The notes: a model not told the origin generated them from the letters alone. A DNA stretch of 64,000 nucleotides from an uncultured Pelagibacteraceae bacterium (GCA_902579285.1 CACHGA010000002.1:7906-71905); one strand, 5' to 3'; positions 30,004 to 41,270 are shown, numbered from the stretch's first letter. Translations and numbers: made by a program.

Positions 30004-32565
30004 ATGAATCTTGTCATAGTAGAAAGTCCTGCAAAAGCTAAAACCATAAATAAATATTTGGGTAAAGATTATAAAGTTTTGGCAAGCTATGGTCATGTCA
30101 GAGATCTGCCTTCTAAAAATGGTTCTGTTGATCCTGAAAATAATTTTAAAATGGAGTGGGAACTCGATACATTCTCAAAAAAATACGTAAAAGAAATCAC
30201 TGATGCAGCAGCTGAGTCTGAAAAAATAATATTAGCAACTGACCCTGATAGAGAGGGAGAGGCTATTGCCTGGCATGTTCGAGAAATACTCGAAAGTAAA
30301 AAACTTTTGAAAGGTAAAAAAGTTGAACGAGTTGTTTTTAATGAAATTACAAAAAAAGCAGTTACGAATGGAATTAATAATCCACGGGAAATAGAGTCTC
30401 TGTTAGTTGATGCTTATATGGCAAGAAGAGCATTAGATTATCTTGTTGGTTTTAATATATCGCCAATTTTATGGACAAAACTTCCAGGATCGAAATCTGC
30501 AGGACGAGTACAATCAGTTGCTCTTAGATTGATAACTGAAAGGGAGCATGAAATTGAACTTTTTAAACCAGAGGAGTTTTGGACCATTGCTAGCAACTTT
30601 CAGTATGATGATAAACTTATTCAATCCAAACTGTCTTTATTTAACGAAAAAAAAATAGAAAAATTTTCTTTTAAGAAAAAAATAGATTCAGAAAAAGCTT
30701 TAAATGAAATAAAAGATCAATCATATAAAATAACTGATGTTTCCTCTAAAGTTTTTCGAAGAAATCCACTTGCACCATTTACAACATCAACACTACAACA
30801 AACGGCATCTGGTAAATATGGTTTTGGAGCTTCTAGAACTATGCAAATTGCGCAAAGACTTTATCAAGGGATAGATTTAGAAGGAGATACTATTGGTTTA
30901 ATCACGTATATGAGAACAGATGGAACTAATATTTCAAAAGAGGCCATAACTGATTTTAGAAATTTTATAAACAAGGAACATGGCAAAGAATATCTTCCAG
31001 AAGTTCCGAATAATTACTCTGGAAAAAAAGCAAAGAATGCTCAGGAAGCACATGAAGCGATAAGACCCACGGATGTTAATAGGAAACCTTCTGATTTGAA
31101 AAAATATTTAAGTACAGATCAATCTAAACTTTATGAGTTAATCTGGAATAGAGCAGTATCTTCTCAAATGAATCCAGCAGAATTTGATAGAAAAAGTATA
31201 ACTATTGAGTCTGAGGATAAAAAAATTCATTTTAAAGCAAACGGTTCAACGATAAAATTCGAAGGATATTTAAAGGTATACAAATTTGAGGAAAAAGACG
31301 AAGATCTTAAAAATATTTTACCTGAAGTAAAAGTTGGTGATAAAGTCTCAATAAAAGAATTAATAGATGATCAACATTTTACTGATCCTCCACCAAGATA
31401 TTCTGAAGCAAGTTTAGTAAAAAAAATGGAAGAATTAGGAATTGGACGTCCCTCAACATATGCAAGCATAATATCAGTTTTATCAACAAGAAATTATGTT
31501 GAACTGTTAAATAAGAGATTCCACCCAACTGACCGTGGTAAATTATTATCTGCATTTCTCGAAAAATTATTCAGTAAATATGTAGATTATAATTTTACTG
31601 CAGATTTAGAAAATCAATTAGATGAAATTACTAGTGGCAAAATTGATTGGGTCAAAGTTTTAGATGATTTTTGGAAAGATTTTTATTCAAACGTTGGGCA
31701 AGTTAAAGAAAAAAGAACTAGGGAAGTTCTAGATTTACTGAATGAAAGTTTGGGTGACCTAGTTTTTGAAAGAGATGATAATGATACCATAGATAGGAAG
31801 TGTAAGCTTTGTAATACTGGCGAACTAAGTCTTAAAAATAGTTTTAGAGGTGGTGCATTTATAGGTTGTTCCAATTATCCAGAATGCAAGTTTACAAGGC
31901 CACTATCTAAATCAAAAGCATCGCAACAAGTCCATTTGGCAGAACCAAAATTAATTGGAAAAAATGACTTTGGTAAAGATATATTTCTCAAAAATGGAAG
32001 ATTTGGACCTTATTTACAATTTGAGATTGAGCCTACTGAGTCAATTGAAAATAAAACAAAAAAATCTAAAAAGAAAAAAGAAAACGAAAACTTAAAAAAT
32101 GTTTCAATACCAAAAGGTTTGCCAATTGAAAATGTAGATTTAGGAAAAGCCAAGTATTTATGTTCTTTGCCGAAAATAATTGGTAGGCATCCTGAGTTGA
32201 ATGAAGATATAACTGTTAATGTTGGAAGGTTTGGTCCTTATTTAAAATGTTCAAATAAATCTGCAAGAATTGAAAGTGTTGATGAATTATTTACAATTGG
32301 TTTGAATAGGGCAATAACTTTAATTTCAGAGGCTAAACCAGGAAGAATGTCGTCCTCAGAAATTAAAAACCTTGGTGAACATCCTGAAGATAAAAAACCT
32401 GTAAGAATAATGAAAGGTCAATACGGTCCATATATAAAGTACAAGTCTCTTAACGCTACAATTCCAGAAGATAAAGACCCCACTGAACTTACTATGGAGG
32501 AAGCTTTAATTTTAATTGAAAAGAGAAAAGAATACGATAAAAATAAAAAAAAGAAAAAAAAATGA
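30004..32565 (+). CDS. topA: DNA topoisomerase I
   Basis: Contains the Toprim N-terminus MNLVIVESPAKAKTI, the active-site region ITYMRTDG, a C-terminal Cys4 zinc ribbon (CKLCNTGEL...CSNYPEC) and a Lys-rich tail. The ATG at 30004 is preferred over the ORF-track TTG at 29983. Confidence 0.96.
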   Translation: MNLVIVESPAKAKTINKYLGKDYKVLASYGHVRDLPSKNGSVDPENNFKMEWELDTFSKKYVKEITDAAAESEKIILATDPDREGEAIAWHVREILESKKLLKGKKVERVVFNEITKKAVTNGINNPREIESLLVDAYMARRALDYLVGFNISPILWTKLPGSKSAGRVQSVALRLITEREHEIELFKPEEFWTIASNFQYDDKLIQSKLSLFNEKKIEKFSFKKKIDSEKALNEIKDQSYKITDVSSKVFRRNPLAPFTTSTLQQTASGKYGFGASRTMQIAQRLYQGIDLEGDTIGLITYMRTDGTNISKEAITDFRNFINKEHGKEYLPEVPNNYSGKKAKNAQEAHEAIRPTDVNRKPSDLKKYLSTDQSKLYELIWNRAVSSQMNPAEFDRKSITIESEDKKIHFKANGSTIKFEGYLKVYKFEEKDEDLKNILPEVKVGDKVSIKELIDDQHFTDPPPRYSEASLVKKMEELGIGRPSTYASIISVLSTRNYVELLNKRFHPTDRGKLLSAFLEKLFSKYVDYNFTADLENQLDEITSGKIDWVKVLDDFWKDFYSNVGQVKEKRTREVLDLLNESLGDLVFERDDNDTIDRKCKLCNTGELSLKNSFRGGAFIGCSNYPECKFTRPLSKSKASQQVHLAEPKLIGKNDFGKDIFLKNGRFGPYLQFEIEPTESIENKTKKSKKKKENENLKNVSIPKGLPIENVDLGKAKYLCSLPKIIGRHPELNEDITVNVGRFGPYLKCSNKSARIESVDELFTIGLNRAITLISEAKPGRMSSSEIKNLGEHPEDKKPVRIMKGQYGPYIKYKSLNATIPEDKDPTELTMEEALILIEKRKEYDKNKKKKKK

Positions 32566-33017
32566 GTGCTGAAAAAAATCTATCTCAACTTAATATTAAT
32601 TTGCCAAAAGCCCCAGATCCTGTTGGTTCTTATGTAGCTTCAAAAATTGTCGGAAACTTAATTTTTATATCAGGTCAGGTGTCTTTCAATTCAAAAGGTG
32701 AGTTAACTAAAGGAAAAATTGGAAAAGAACTTAGTTTAGAACAGGGTCAAGATGCTGCAAAACTATGTGCATTAAATATATTAGCGCAACTTAAAAAAAA
32801 GTGTGGTAATTTAGATAAAGTTAAAGGATGTATTAAACTTACTGGATACGTTAATTCTACAGAATCTTTTATAGACCAACCAAAAGTTTTAAATGGTGCA
32901 TCAGATTTAATTTCAAAAATATTTGGGGATGGTGGTAAACATACGAGAGCTGCTATTAGTGTAAGTTCTTTACCTTTAGGTGCTGCAGTTGAGGTTGATG
33001 GAATATTTGAGTTATAA
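32562..33017 (+). CDS. RidA/YjgF/TdcF-family protein
   Basis: 151 aa with the YjgF-like fold sequence (GNLIFISGQV...AAVEVDGIFEL). There is an ATGA overlap with the topA stop. Confidence 0.8.
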   Translation: MSAEKNLSQLNINLPKAPDPVGSYVASKIVGNLIFISGQVSFNSKGELTKGKIGKELSLEQGQDAAKLCALNILAQLKKKCGNLDKVKGCIKLTGYVNSTESFIDQPKVLNGASDLISKIFGDGGKHTRAAISVSSLPLGAAVEVDGIFEL

Positions 33018-34319
33018 TTTTGATCTTCCAACAGAATAATATTTAATATTCCTTTTTTTCAATTCAATAGGATTATATAAATTTCTCATATCGTAAATTT
33101 TAAAATTACTTTTTTTGACAATTTTTTTAAAATCAATAGATTTAAATTCGTCCCACTCAGTGTTTATAATAATTAAATCTGCTCCTTGGCAGGCCTTATT
33201 TATTGAGCTAGCAAAATTTAGATTTTTCTTTTTACCAAATTCATTTTTTGGACCGGATGGATCATGGTAACTTACTTTTGCACCTTTTTTTAGTAAATAA
33301 GGTATTAAAACGAGGCTTGATGACTCCCGCATATCATCAGTGTTTGCTTTAAAAGTTACTCCTAAAACAGCAATTTTTTTATTTTTAATTTTATTATTCA
33401 TAATTTTTAATACTCTTTTTGTTAATAAAATCTTTCTATTTTGATTTGATTTTATTACAGATTTCACAATTGAAAGATTGGACTTAAATTTATCAGCAAT
33501 TGAAACTAAACCCTTTGTGTCCTTTGGAAAACAAGAGCCACCATAAGCTGGGCCTGCTCTCAAAAATCTGCCTCCAATTCTTGCATCTGATCCCATTCCA
33601 ACTGAAATATCTTCAATATTTATACCTGCCGTTTCACATAAATTTGCAATTTCATTTATAAATGTAATCTTAGTTGCTAAAAAAGCATTTGAAGCATATT
33701 TAATTAATTCTGCTCCTTTTCTTGATGTGCAAAAAAACTTTGCTCCTTTTTTAATAAGAGGTTCATATAAAAATTCCATTTTTTTAAAGATTTTTTTATT
33801 GTTTGAGCCAATAACAATTCTATCAGGATATTTAAAGTCTCTAATAGCTTCACCTTCCCTTAAAAATTCAGGATTAGATACAACATCAAATAAAGACTTC
33901 TTTGCCTTTCGATTTATTATTTTTTCTATCTGATCACCAGTTGTGACTGGTACAGTTGATTTGGTAATAATAACTTTGTAACTTTTTATATATTTTGATA
34001 TTGATTTTGCAACATTAAATACTTGTGAAAGATCGACTAAATTTGATCCTTTTTTTGTTGGCGTGCCAACGCAAATAAAAATTAATTGGGAGTCTTTAAC
34101 TGCTTTTTCTAGATCACTTGTGAAGTCCAATCTTTTTGCTTTCAAATTATTTCTTATTAAATCATCCAATCCAGGTTCATAAATCGGTGAAATAGCATTT
34201 TTTAATTTGTTTATTTTGTTTTGGTCTTTATCTACACAGTAAACTTTGTTTCCAAGATCAGCGAAACAAGTTCCACTAACCAAGCCAACATAACCAGTTC
34301 CTATCATGCATATTTTCAT
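33012..34319 (-). CDS. ugd: UDP-glucose 6-dehydrogenase
   Basis: Contains the N-terminal Rossmann motif MIGTGYVGL; 435 aa with catalytic Cys region GGSCFPKD. Confidence 0.93.
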   Translation of the reverse strand: MKICMIGTGYVGLVSGTCFADLGNKVYCVDKDQNKINKLKNAISPIYEPGLDDLIRNNLKAKRLDFTSDLEKAVKDSQLIFICVGTPTKKGSNLVDLSQVFNVAKSISKYIKSYKVIITKSTVPVTTGDQIEKIINRKAKKSLFDVVSNPEFLREGEAIRDFKYPDRIVIGSNNKKIFKKMEFLYEPLIKKGAKFFCTSRKGAELIKYASNAFLATKITFINEIANLCETAGINIEDISVGMGSDARIGGRFLRAGPAYGGSCFPKDTKGLVSIADKFKSNLSIVKSVIKSNQNRKILLTKRVLKIMNNKIKNKKIAVLGVTFKANTDDMRESSSLVLIPYLLKKGAKVSYHDPSGPKNEFGKKKNLNFASSINKACQGADLIIINTEWDEFKSIDFKKIVKKSNFKIYDMRNLYNPIELKKRNIKYYSVGRSKL

Positions 34320-34328
34320 ATTAATCTT

Positions 34329-35147
34329 TTATAGATATTTTGAAATTGTAAGTCCTGATTTAATAAATCCATCCAAAGTCCCACAATCTATATATTTTCC
34401 TTTAAATATATTTCCATAAAACTTTTCATCTTTTTTAACCAGAGTCTTAATCGCGTCTGTAATATGGATCTCTCCACCTTTGCCTTTACCCTGCATTTTT
34501 AAAACAGAAAGTATTTTTCTAGGAAGGATATATCTTCCAATTATGGCATAATTTGATGGGGCTTCACTTAATTTAGGCTTTTCAATAACCTCGTTAATTA
34601 AAAAAGAATTTTTTGTTTTATTTTTAAATCCAAGAATGCCCCATCTTGAAACTGTTCTTCTTTCTACCTTTCTAGTAGCTATAACAGAACCTTTGGTTCT
34701 TCTGTGCAAGGAAATCATCTCTTTAGAGCAATTTTTTTTAACAATCAAATCATCTGCTAAAAGCATTAGGAAATGAGTCCCTTTTAAATATTTTTTACAT
34801 TGTAAAACTGCATGACCTGTTCCCTCAGGTTTATTTTGATATACAAATTTTATCATTTTTTGGAGCTTTTTTAATCTTTTAAAAACATTTTTTAAACGCT
34901 TATCATTTTTTTTCTTTTTTAATATTTTTTTATAAAAATTATCATTAAAGAAATATTTTTTGATACTTGGTCTATTTTTTGGTACTACGAAAATAAATTG
35001 TTTTATACCTGCCTCTATACATTCATCCATGATATATTCTAAGTTTGGTTTGCCATTAATTGGTAGCAATTCTTTTGGAATTACGCTTGACAGTGGCAGT
35101 AATCTTGTACCTAATCCTGCTAAGGGAATGATTGCTTGTGTAACCAT
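34329..35147 (-). CDS. galU: UTP--glucose-1-phosphate uridylyltransferase
   Basis: Contains the IIPLAGLGTRLLPLS...PKELLP motif; 272 aa. Confidence 0.92.
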   Translation of the reverse strand: MVTQAIIPLAGLGTRLLPLSSVIPKELLPINGKPNLEYIMDECIEAGIKQFIFVVPKNRPSIKKYFFNDNFYKKILKKKKNDKRLKNVFKRLKKLQKMIKFVYQNKPEGTGHAVLQCKKYLKGTHFLMLLADDLIVKKNCSKEMISLHRRTKGSVIATRKVERRTVSRWGILGFKNKTKNSFLINEVIEKPKLSEAPSNYAIIGRYILPRKILSVLKMQGKGKGGEIHITDAIKTLVKKDEKFYGNIFKGKYIDCGTLDGFIKSGLTISKYL

Positions 35148-35182
35148 AAAAACCTTTTACAAGTTAAACGAATATTTTACAA

Positions 35183-35992
35183 ATGAAATTATTTACAAAT
35201 AAAAAAAAATTGCGAGAAGAAATAGGAAAAATCAACAATATCAGTTTTGTTCCTACAATGGGTTTTTTGCATAAAGGTCATGAGAGTATAATAAAAAAAT
35301 CTGTTAAAGGTTCGGGAAAAACCCTTGTAAGTATTTTTGTAAATCCGAAACAGTTTAATAGTAGAAAAGATTTAAAAAGTTACCCTAGAAATACAAAAAA
35401 TGATATTAAAATATTGAAAAAACTTAAAATCAATTATTTATATAAACCGTCTTATGCTGACATATATAAATTCAAAACAAAAAATAAAATATACTTAGAC
35501 AAATTTGCAAAACAGCTATGTGGTCAATTTAGAAATGGTCATTTTAAAGGTGTAATTGACGTCGTTAACAGACTTTTAGAGATAACAAATCCTAAAAGGA
35601 TTTTGCTTGGTAACAAAGATTTTCAGCAACTCTATTTGATTAAAAAACATATAATGAAAAATAAAATTAAAACCCAAGTTTTTCCATGTAAAACTATTAG
35701 AGATAAAAATTTTATAGCATATTCCTCAAGATTAAAAAAGTTAAATCATAATGAAAAAACTAAACTTATTAAGATTATTAAAGTTTTAAAAAAATATAAG
35801 AAAGATTTAATTTTAAAAAAACAAATATATAATTTTTCTAAAATTAAAAAAAAAATTATCTCTATCGGTGCAAAAAAAGTTGACTACATAAAACTTATCG
35901 ATTTAAAAACTTTAAAAAAACCAAAAAAAAATAAATTTAATTTATTTTATGCATTTTATATTGGAAATGTAAGATTAATTGATAATTTTTAA
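35183..35992 (+). CDS. panC: pantoate--beta-alanine ligase
   Basis: Contains the VPTMGFLHKGH motif; 269 aa. Confidence 0.92.
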   Translation: MKLFTNKKKLREEIGKINNISFVPTMGFLHKGHESIIKKSVKGSGKTLVSIFVNPKQFNSRKDLKSYPRNTKNDIKILKKLKINYLYKPSYADIYKFKTKNKIYLDKFAKQLCGQFRNGHFKGVIDVVNRLLEITNPKRILLGNKDFQQLYLIKKHIMKNKIKTQVFPCKTIRDKNFIAYSSRLKKLNHNEKTKLIKIIKVLKKYKKDLILKKQIYNFSKIKKKIISIGAKKVDYIKLIDLKTLKKPKKNKFNLFYAFYIGNVRLIDNF

Positions 35993-37368
35993 TTTAAAAA
36001 AAAGATAGATCCAATACCAAGAAAAGATAAAAAACCTATTACATCAGTAATTGTTGTAACAAATACACTGGAAGCTAATGCAGGATCTATATTGAATTTT
36101 TTTAATGAAACTGGAACTAAAATGCCAAATAATCCTGCAACAATCATATTCAATATCATTGCTACCGCTATCAGAATTGAAAGATCAAGTTCTTTGAACC
36201 AAAATTGTACAACAGCAGCAGATATAATAGCAAAAATTATTCCATTTAATATTCCAATAACAAATTCTTTAGTAACTATTTTATAAAAATTTCCAGATGA
36301 AATTTCTTGTTTTGCGATTGCTCTTATTGTTACAGCTAATGTTTGCATTCCGGCATTTCCTCCCATTGACGCTACAATCGGCATCAATACTGCTAAAGCA
36401 ACAACTTTTTCTATATCCTCTTGGAAAAATCCTATTACTATTGATGCAATAATAGCTGTAAGCAAATTAAGCAGCAACCAGCTAAATCTTCTTTTGGTTT
36501 TTTTTAAAACACCATCGGTAATTTCTTCATCTCCAACACCGGCTAATCTTAACACATCTTCCTCGGCTTCTTCTTGTACAACAGTAACTACGTCATCTGC
36601 TGTGATCATTCCGATTAATTTATTATCTTTGTTAACTACACCGGCTGAAACTAGATTGTAATTTTCGAAAGTTAGACCGACTTCTTCTTTATCCATATTA
36701 ACAGATATTAAAACTGGTATCTCTCTCATAATTGAATTCATCTTAGAATTTCTTGGTGTTCTCAAAACTCTAGAAGATGGAACTGTGCCAATAGGTTTAA
36801 AATCTTTATCAACTATAAATATTTCTAAAAATTCTTCAGGTAATTCCTTATTTTCTCTTAAATAATCTATTGTTTGACCAACCGTCCAATCACTAGGAAC
36901 AGCAGTAAATTCTCTCTGCATTATTCTTGCTGCTGAATCTTCAGGATAGCTCAAACCCTCTTCCAATAGAAATCTGTCTTGAGGTGATAAATTTTCCAGT
37001 ACCTTTTTCTTTTTTGTTTCTTCAATCTTTTCTAAAATTTGTAATGCATTATCAGATTCTAATTTGCGTAAAATTTTTGCTATTGATTCTGGTGTTAAAA
37101 GTAAAAGAACTTCTGATTGTAATGACTCATTAAGCTCAATAAAAATTTCTGGTTCAATCGCAAATGCTTCAATTTCAATTAATTTATTTCTAGTACTAGT
37201 ATCAAGATTCTCAATTAAATCTGCAACATCTGCTGCATGTAAATCTTCTAAAGTTTGATTAATAAAGGCAACATCATTACTTTTAATCTTTTGACTAAAT
37301 AAATTGATAAAATCTTTATTGAAATCGACATTTACTTTTTGTTTTCCTATTGATTTAACTAAACTCAT
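35989..37368 (-). CDS. mgtE: magnesium transporter MgtE
   Basis: 459 aa with an N-domain, a CBS pair and a C-terminal 5-TM domain typical of MgtE. Confidence 0.92.
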   Translation of the reverse strand: MSLVKSIGKQKVNVDFNKDFINLFSQKIKSNDVAFINQTLEDLHAADVADLIENLDTSTRNKLIEIEAFAIEPEIFIELNESLQSEVLLLLTPESIAKILRKLESDNALQILEKIEETKKKKVLENLSPQDRFLLEEGLSYPEDSAARIMQREFTAVPSDWTVGQTIDYLRENKELPEEFLEIFIVDKDFKPIGTVPSSRVLRTPRNSKMNSIMREIPVLISVNMDKEEVGLTFENYNLVSAGVVNKDNKLIGMITADDVVTVVQEEAEEDVLRLAGVGDEEITDGVLKKTKRRFSWLLLNLLTAIIASIVIGFFQEDIEKVVALAVLMPIVASMGGNAGMQTLAVTIRAIAKQEISSGNFYKIVTKEFVIGILNGIIFAIISAAVVQFWFKELDLSILIAVAMILNMIVAGLFGILVPVSLKKFNIDPALASSVFVTTITDVIGFLSFLGIGSIFFLN

Positions 37369-37432
37369 ATAACACCTAATTATTTTAATTTTTGAGACTT
37401 TTAGTTTATCTGGTGATAAAATTCAATTTAAA

Positions 37433-38038
37433 ATGGACATAGAATTTAAAATTAGTAAAAACCCAGTAAATTACAAAAAAGCTCTTATGTTTCTAGAAAA
37501 AAGAGTCGAATTAGTTAAGCAAGGTGGTAGAGAATTAGTGTGGCTTTTAGAACATCCGTTAACTTACAGTGCGGGCATAAGATCAAAAAAAGAGGAAATA
37601 TTAGATAAATCAATTACTGTGATAAAAACAAATCGCGGGGGGAAAATCACCCTACATAACCCGGGACAACAAATTGTTTATTTTGTTCTAAATCTAAATA
37701 AAAGAAAAAAGGATATTAGAAACTTAGTAAGACAAATAGAAAATATAATAATTAAATTTCTAAGTATTTATAAAGTCAAATCTAATTCCGATGAAAAAAA
37801 TGTAGGTATTTGGATTAAAGATAAAAAAGTTGCTGCTATAGGCATCCGGGTTTCACGATGGGTTGCTTATCATGGGTTTTCTATAAATATTAAAAATAAC
37901 TTAAATGATTACAAAAAGATTTTACCTTGTGGGTTAAAAAACGAAAAAATAACTTCTTTAAAAAATGAAAAAAAAGATATTTCAAACGTTAAAAAAAATC
38001 TAAAAACAATAATACAAGAGAATTTATATAAGATTTAA
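37433..38038 (+). CDS. lipB: octanoyltransferase (lipoate-protein ligase B)
   Basis: Contains the NRGGKITLHNPGQ motif; 201 aa. Confidence 0.92.
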   Translation: MDIEFKISKNPVNYKKALMFLEKRVELVKQGGRELVWLLEHPLTYSAGIRSKKEEILDKSITVIKTNRGGKITLHNPGQQIVYFVLNLNKRKKDIRNLVRQIENIIIKFLSIYKVKSNSDEKNVGIWIKDKKVAAIGIRVSRWVAYHGFSINIKNNLNDYKKILPCGLKNEKITSLKNEKKDISNVKKNLKTIIQENLYKI

Positions 38039-38937
38039 AACCTTTTTTTTAGCAATCTAGAAAAATCTTCGCTATACTTTGCTTCAAAACTATATTTTAT
38101 ATTATTAATCATAAATCTAATTTTGTAAGCATGAAGCATTATATTTTTAAATTTTTGTTTTTTTTCAAGATTATTAAATGAATATTTATTGTCACCAATT
38201 ATAGGGTGACCAATATTATAAAGTTGTTTTCTTAATTGGTGCTTTCTTCCAGTTATTGGTTTTAATTCTAAAAAGGAGTTTTTATCATTACTTCTTATTA
38301 TTTTGATATATGAAATAGCTTTTTGAACAATTTTTTTATTATTTTCATAAAAAGTTAGTTCATCTCGAAGTATTTTAATATCTCTATTAACTCTGCCTTG
38401 TGTTATTGCCAAATAAGTTTTGTGTATTTTTCTAATTCTGAAAAGTGATGTAAAGAGTTGAGCGTACTCTCTATTTTTAGCAACAATCATAACACCTGAG
38501 GTTTCTTTATCAAGTCTGTGAACTATATAGGGTTTAGAATCTAAAAAATATTTGGTCTCTCTAAGAATATCAATGATATTCTTAAAAGACTTAGTGCCTG
38601 ATTGTACAGGTATACCGCTAGGTTTATTTATAACTATAAAATTTTCATTATCTTCAATTATAAAATCCTCGTAATTTTTTTTTTCTTTATTTGAAGGTTT
38701 ATACTTTTCTATTTTGTTACTTTTTGAGGGTTTTAAATTATCTATTTCATAAATGTCTATTTTGTCATTAAGTTTTACTCTATAAGATGTTTTTATCCTC
38801 TTTTTATTAACTTTTATCTTTTTTTTTCTTATTAATCTCTCAATTAATGATTGGGGATATTTGCCAATATTTAACTTAAACCATCTATCAAAACGACAAT
38901 TATTATAGTCTTTGTTGACTGTGAAAGTTTTTGGCAT
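38035..38937 (-). CDS. RluA-family (RluC/RluD-like) rRNA pseudouridine synthase
   Basis: Contains an S4-like N-terminus and the HRLDKETSGV catalytic motif; 300 aa. Confidence 0.88.
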   Translation of the reverse strand: MPKTFTVNKDYNNCRFDRWFKLNIGKYPQSLIERLIRKKKIKVNKKRIKTSYRVKLNDKIDIYEIDNLKPSKSNKIEKYKPSNKEKKNYEDFIIEDNENFIVINKPSGIPVQSGTKSFKNIIDILRETKYFLDSKPYIVHRLDKETSGVMIVAKNREYAQLFTSLFRIRKIHKTYLAITQGRVNRDIKILRDELTFYENNKKIVQKAISYIKIIRSNDKNSFLELKPITGRKHQLRKQLYNIGHPIIGDNKYSFNNLEKKQKFKNIMLHAYKIRFMINNIKYSFEAKYSEDFSRLLKKRF

Positions 38938-38954
38938 TGAAGTTTGTATTAATA

Positions 38955-39401
38955 TTATTTTGCAGCTACTTTAGGAGTAGTTTCTTTTTTATCTTTAGTT
39001 GCTTTTTCAGCTTTTTTGGGTTTATCAACTTTTTTTGCATTTACATCTCTATCAACTAACTCTATCACTGCCATTGGGGCGTCGTCACCTGTTCTAAATC
39101 CAGCTTTTAGGACTCTTGAATATCCCCCTTTTCTATTAACATATCTTTTAGATAAAATATCAAAAACCTTTTTAACTGACTTTTGATCTTGCAATTTTGA
39201 AAAAAGATCTTTTTTTTTACTAAGTTTTGGATCTTTTCCAATTGTTATAACTTTATCAATTTTTGGTTTTAACTCTTTAGCTTTTGGTAATGTGGTAACT
39301 ATTTGCTCATATTTTATTAAAGAGTTAAGCATATTTTTAAAAAGCGCTTTCCTATGCTCCGAGTTCTTATTAAGCTTTCTATAACCGAATTTATGTCTCA
39401 T
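38955..39401 (-). CDS. rplQ: 50S ribosomal protein L17
   Basis: Canonical L17 N-terminus [11 protein letters not shown] and alpha-operon position. It has a Lys-rich C-terminal tail. Confidence 0.97.
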   Translation of the reverse strand: MRHKFGYRKLNKNSEHRKALFKNMLNSLIKYEQIVTTLPKAKELKPKIDKVITIGKDPKLSKKKDLFSKLQDQKSVKKVFDILSKRYVNRKGGYSRVLKAGFRTGDDAPMAVIELVDRDVNAKKVDKPKKAEKATKDKKETTPKVAAK

Positions 39402-39405
39402 TTAA

Positions 39406-40437
39406 TTAATAAGTGTTTTCTTCAAGTTTTTTAGAGAGTTCTGCTATATTATCAGGTGGCCAATTAGGAATTTCCATTCCTAAGTAGAGCGACATAGAGC
39501 TTAAAACTTCTTTAATTTCATTTAAAGATTTTCTACCAAAATTTGGTGTTCTTAACATTTCAGGTTCTGTTTTTTGTACAAGATCGCCAATATAAATAAT
39601 ATTATCATTTTTTAAGCAGTTCATAGATCTAACCGAAAGTTCCAACTCTTCAACTCTTTTTAATAAATTTTTATTAAATTCAGGTTCTGTTGAAGTTACA
39701 GGTTTTGGTGCTTCTTTAGGATCTTCAAAATTTACAAACATTGATAATTGATCTTGAAAGATTCTCGCAGCGAATGCAATTGCGTCTTCTGCGGCTACAG
39801 TACCATTAGTTTCAACTTCCATTACCAATTTATCATAATCAAGAGCTGATCCAGCTCTTGTACTTTCTATTTTAAAAGATACTTTTTTAACAGGACTAAA
39901 CAATGAATCTATTGCTATCATGCCTAAAGGTGTATCCTCGGACTTATTTTTTTGTGCAAGCACGTAACCTCTTCCATTATTTACTACTAATTCCATATGA
40001 AATTTTGTTTTTTCGTCTAAATTACAAATAGTTTGTTCTGGATTTAATATTTCTATGTCAGCTATTTCAGCTATGTCTTTGGCTTTTACTTCCTTCGGTC
40101 CTTCGGCATCTAAGATCAACTTTTTTGGACCATCAGAATTTAATTTTAGTGCTAGATTTTTTACATTTAAAACTATATCTGTTACATCTTCTCTTACACC
40201 TTTAATTGAGGAAAACTCATGTAACACACCGTCTATTTGAATAGCTGTGACTGCAGCGCCTTGTATTGATGACAACAGTATTCTCCTTAAAGAATTACCA
40301 ATAGTTTGACCAAAACCTTTTTCTAGTGGTTCAGCAATTACTGTTGCAAAAGCTTTATCCTCACTGCTTTGTATATCTAATTTTTTTGGTTTAGTTAATG
40401 CTTTCCAATTTTTATCAATTATATTTACGTTTTCCAT
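39406..40437 (-). CDS. rpoA: DNA-directed RNA polymerase alpha subunit
   Basis: 343-aa RpoA sequence in its operon position. Confidence 0.97.
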   Translation of the reverse strand: MENVNIIDKNWKALTKPKKLDIQSSEDKAFATVIAEPLEKGFGQTIGNSLRRILLSSIQGAAVTAIQIDGVLHEFSSIKGVREDVTDIVLNVKNLALKLNSDGPKKLILDAEGPKEVKAKDIAEIADIEILNPEQTICNLDEKTKFHMELVVNNGRGYVLAQKNKSEDTPLGMIAIDSLFSPVKKVSFKIESTRAGSALDYDKLVMEVETNGTVAAEDAIAFAARIFQDQLSMFVNFEDPKEAPKPVTSTEPEFNKNLLKRVEELELSVRSMNCLKNDNIIYIGDLVQKTEPEMLRTPNFGRKSLNEIKEVLSSMSLYLGMEIPNWPPDNIAELSKKLEENTY

Positions 40438-40886
40438 TAAACTCTCCTTTTTTTTGGTGGCCTTGTGCCGTTGTGTGGCATTGGCGTTGTGTCTTTGATT
40501 GAGAGAATTTTAAATCCTCTAGATTGTAATGCTCTTAAAGCTGTTTCTCTTCCTGAACCTGGACCTTTAACCTGCACTGATAAAGTTCTTAATCCCATAT
40601 CATATGCTTTACTGCCAGCATCATCTGCTGCTACCTGTGCCGCATATGGAGTTGATTTTCGAGATCCTTTAAAACCTTTTGAACCTGCTGATGACCAAGA
40701 GATAACATTGCCGTTCTCATCAGCTATTGAAATAATTGTGTTATTGAAAGTAGAATTCACAAAAGCTATTCCTGATGATATATTTTTTTTTTCTTTCTTT
40801 TTTTTCTTAAATTTCGGTTTTTGAACTTTCGTTTCTAAATTATTATCTGTTTTTTTTTCAGTCTGTTTTTCGGTTTTTTTAATCAT
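40437..40886 (-). CDS. rpsK: 30S ribosomal protein S11
   Basis: Canonical core (FNNTIISI...KSTPYAAQ...[13 protein letters not shown]) with a Lys-rich N-terminal extension of about 20 aa. Confidence 0.96.
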   Translation of the reverse strand: MIKKTEKQTEKKTDNNLETKVQKPKFKKKKKEKKNISSGIAFVNSTFNNTIISIADENGNVISWSSAGSKGFKGSRKSTPYAAQVAADDAGSKAYDMGLRTLSVQVKGPGSGRETALRALQSRGFKILSIKDTTPMPHNGTRPPKKRRV

Positions 40887-41270
40887 TTATTTTTTCATAG
40901 GAGTAAGTTTTTTGCCTGCAATGGCAATAGCTTTACCTTTTCTAGTTCTTGCATTACAATGAGTTCTTTGGCCTCTAACTGGTAATTTTTTTTTATGTCT
41001 TGATCCTCTGTATGAAGCTAAATCTACAAGTCTTTTTATATTCATAGAAACTTCTCTTCTAAGATCGCCTTCAACTTTATAATTTTGATCTATATACTCT
41101 CTTATTTTTAATACTTCATCTTCGCTAAGATTATTAACCCTTTTATTAAGGGGAATATTTAATTTTTCACATATAAGTTTAGAATTGTGGTCACCTATAC
41201 CGTGTATGTAAGTTAGTGCGATATGAACGATTTTGTTCTGCGGAATATTAACGCCTGCAATTCTAGCCAT
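40887..41270 (-). CDS. rpsM: 30S ribosomal protein S13
   Basis: Contains the [11 protein letters not shown]-terminus; 127 aa. Confidence 0.97.
   Translation of the reverse strand: MARIAGVNIPQNKIVHIALTYIHGIGDHNSKLICEKLNIPLNKRVNNLSEDEVLKIREYIDQNYKVEGDLRREVSMNIKRLVDLASYRGSRHKKKLPVRGQRTHCNARTRKGKAIAIAGKKLTPMKK

Noticed and set aside
32538-32565. The A-rich tract (AAAAATAAAAAAAAGAAAAAAAAATGA) at the topA/RidA-family junction as a programmed slippage site.
   Set aside because: It simply encodes the Lys-rich TopA tail. Comparable homopolymer runs are frequent throughout this AT-rich window. The ATGA overlap is the standard coupling arrangement here.
37369-37432. Possible Mg2+ (M-box) riboswitch upstream of mgtE.
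   Set aside because: The spacer is only 64 nt, AT-rich, and shared with the divergent lipB promoter. That is far too short for an M-box aptamer.
40465-40824. 119-aa plus-strand ORF within rpsK.
   Set aside because: It is an antisense shadow of S11 with no independent support.
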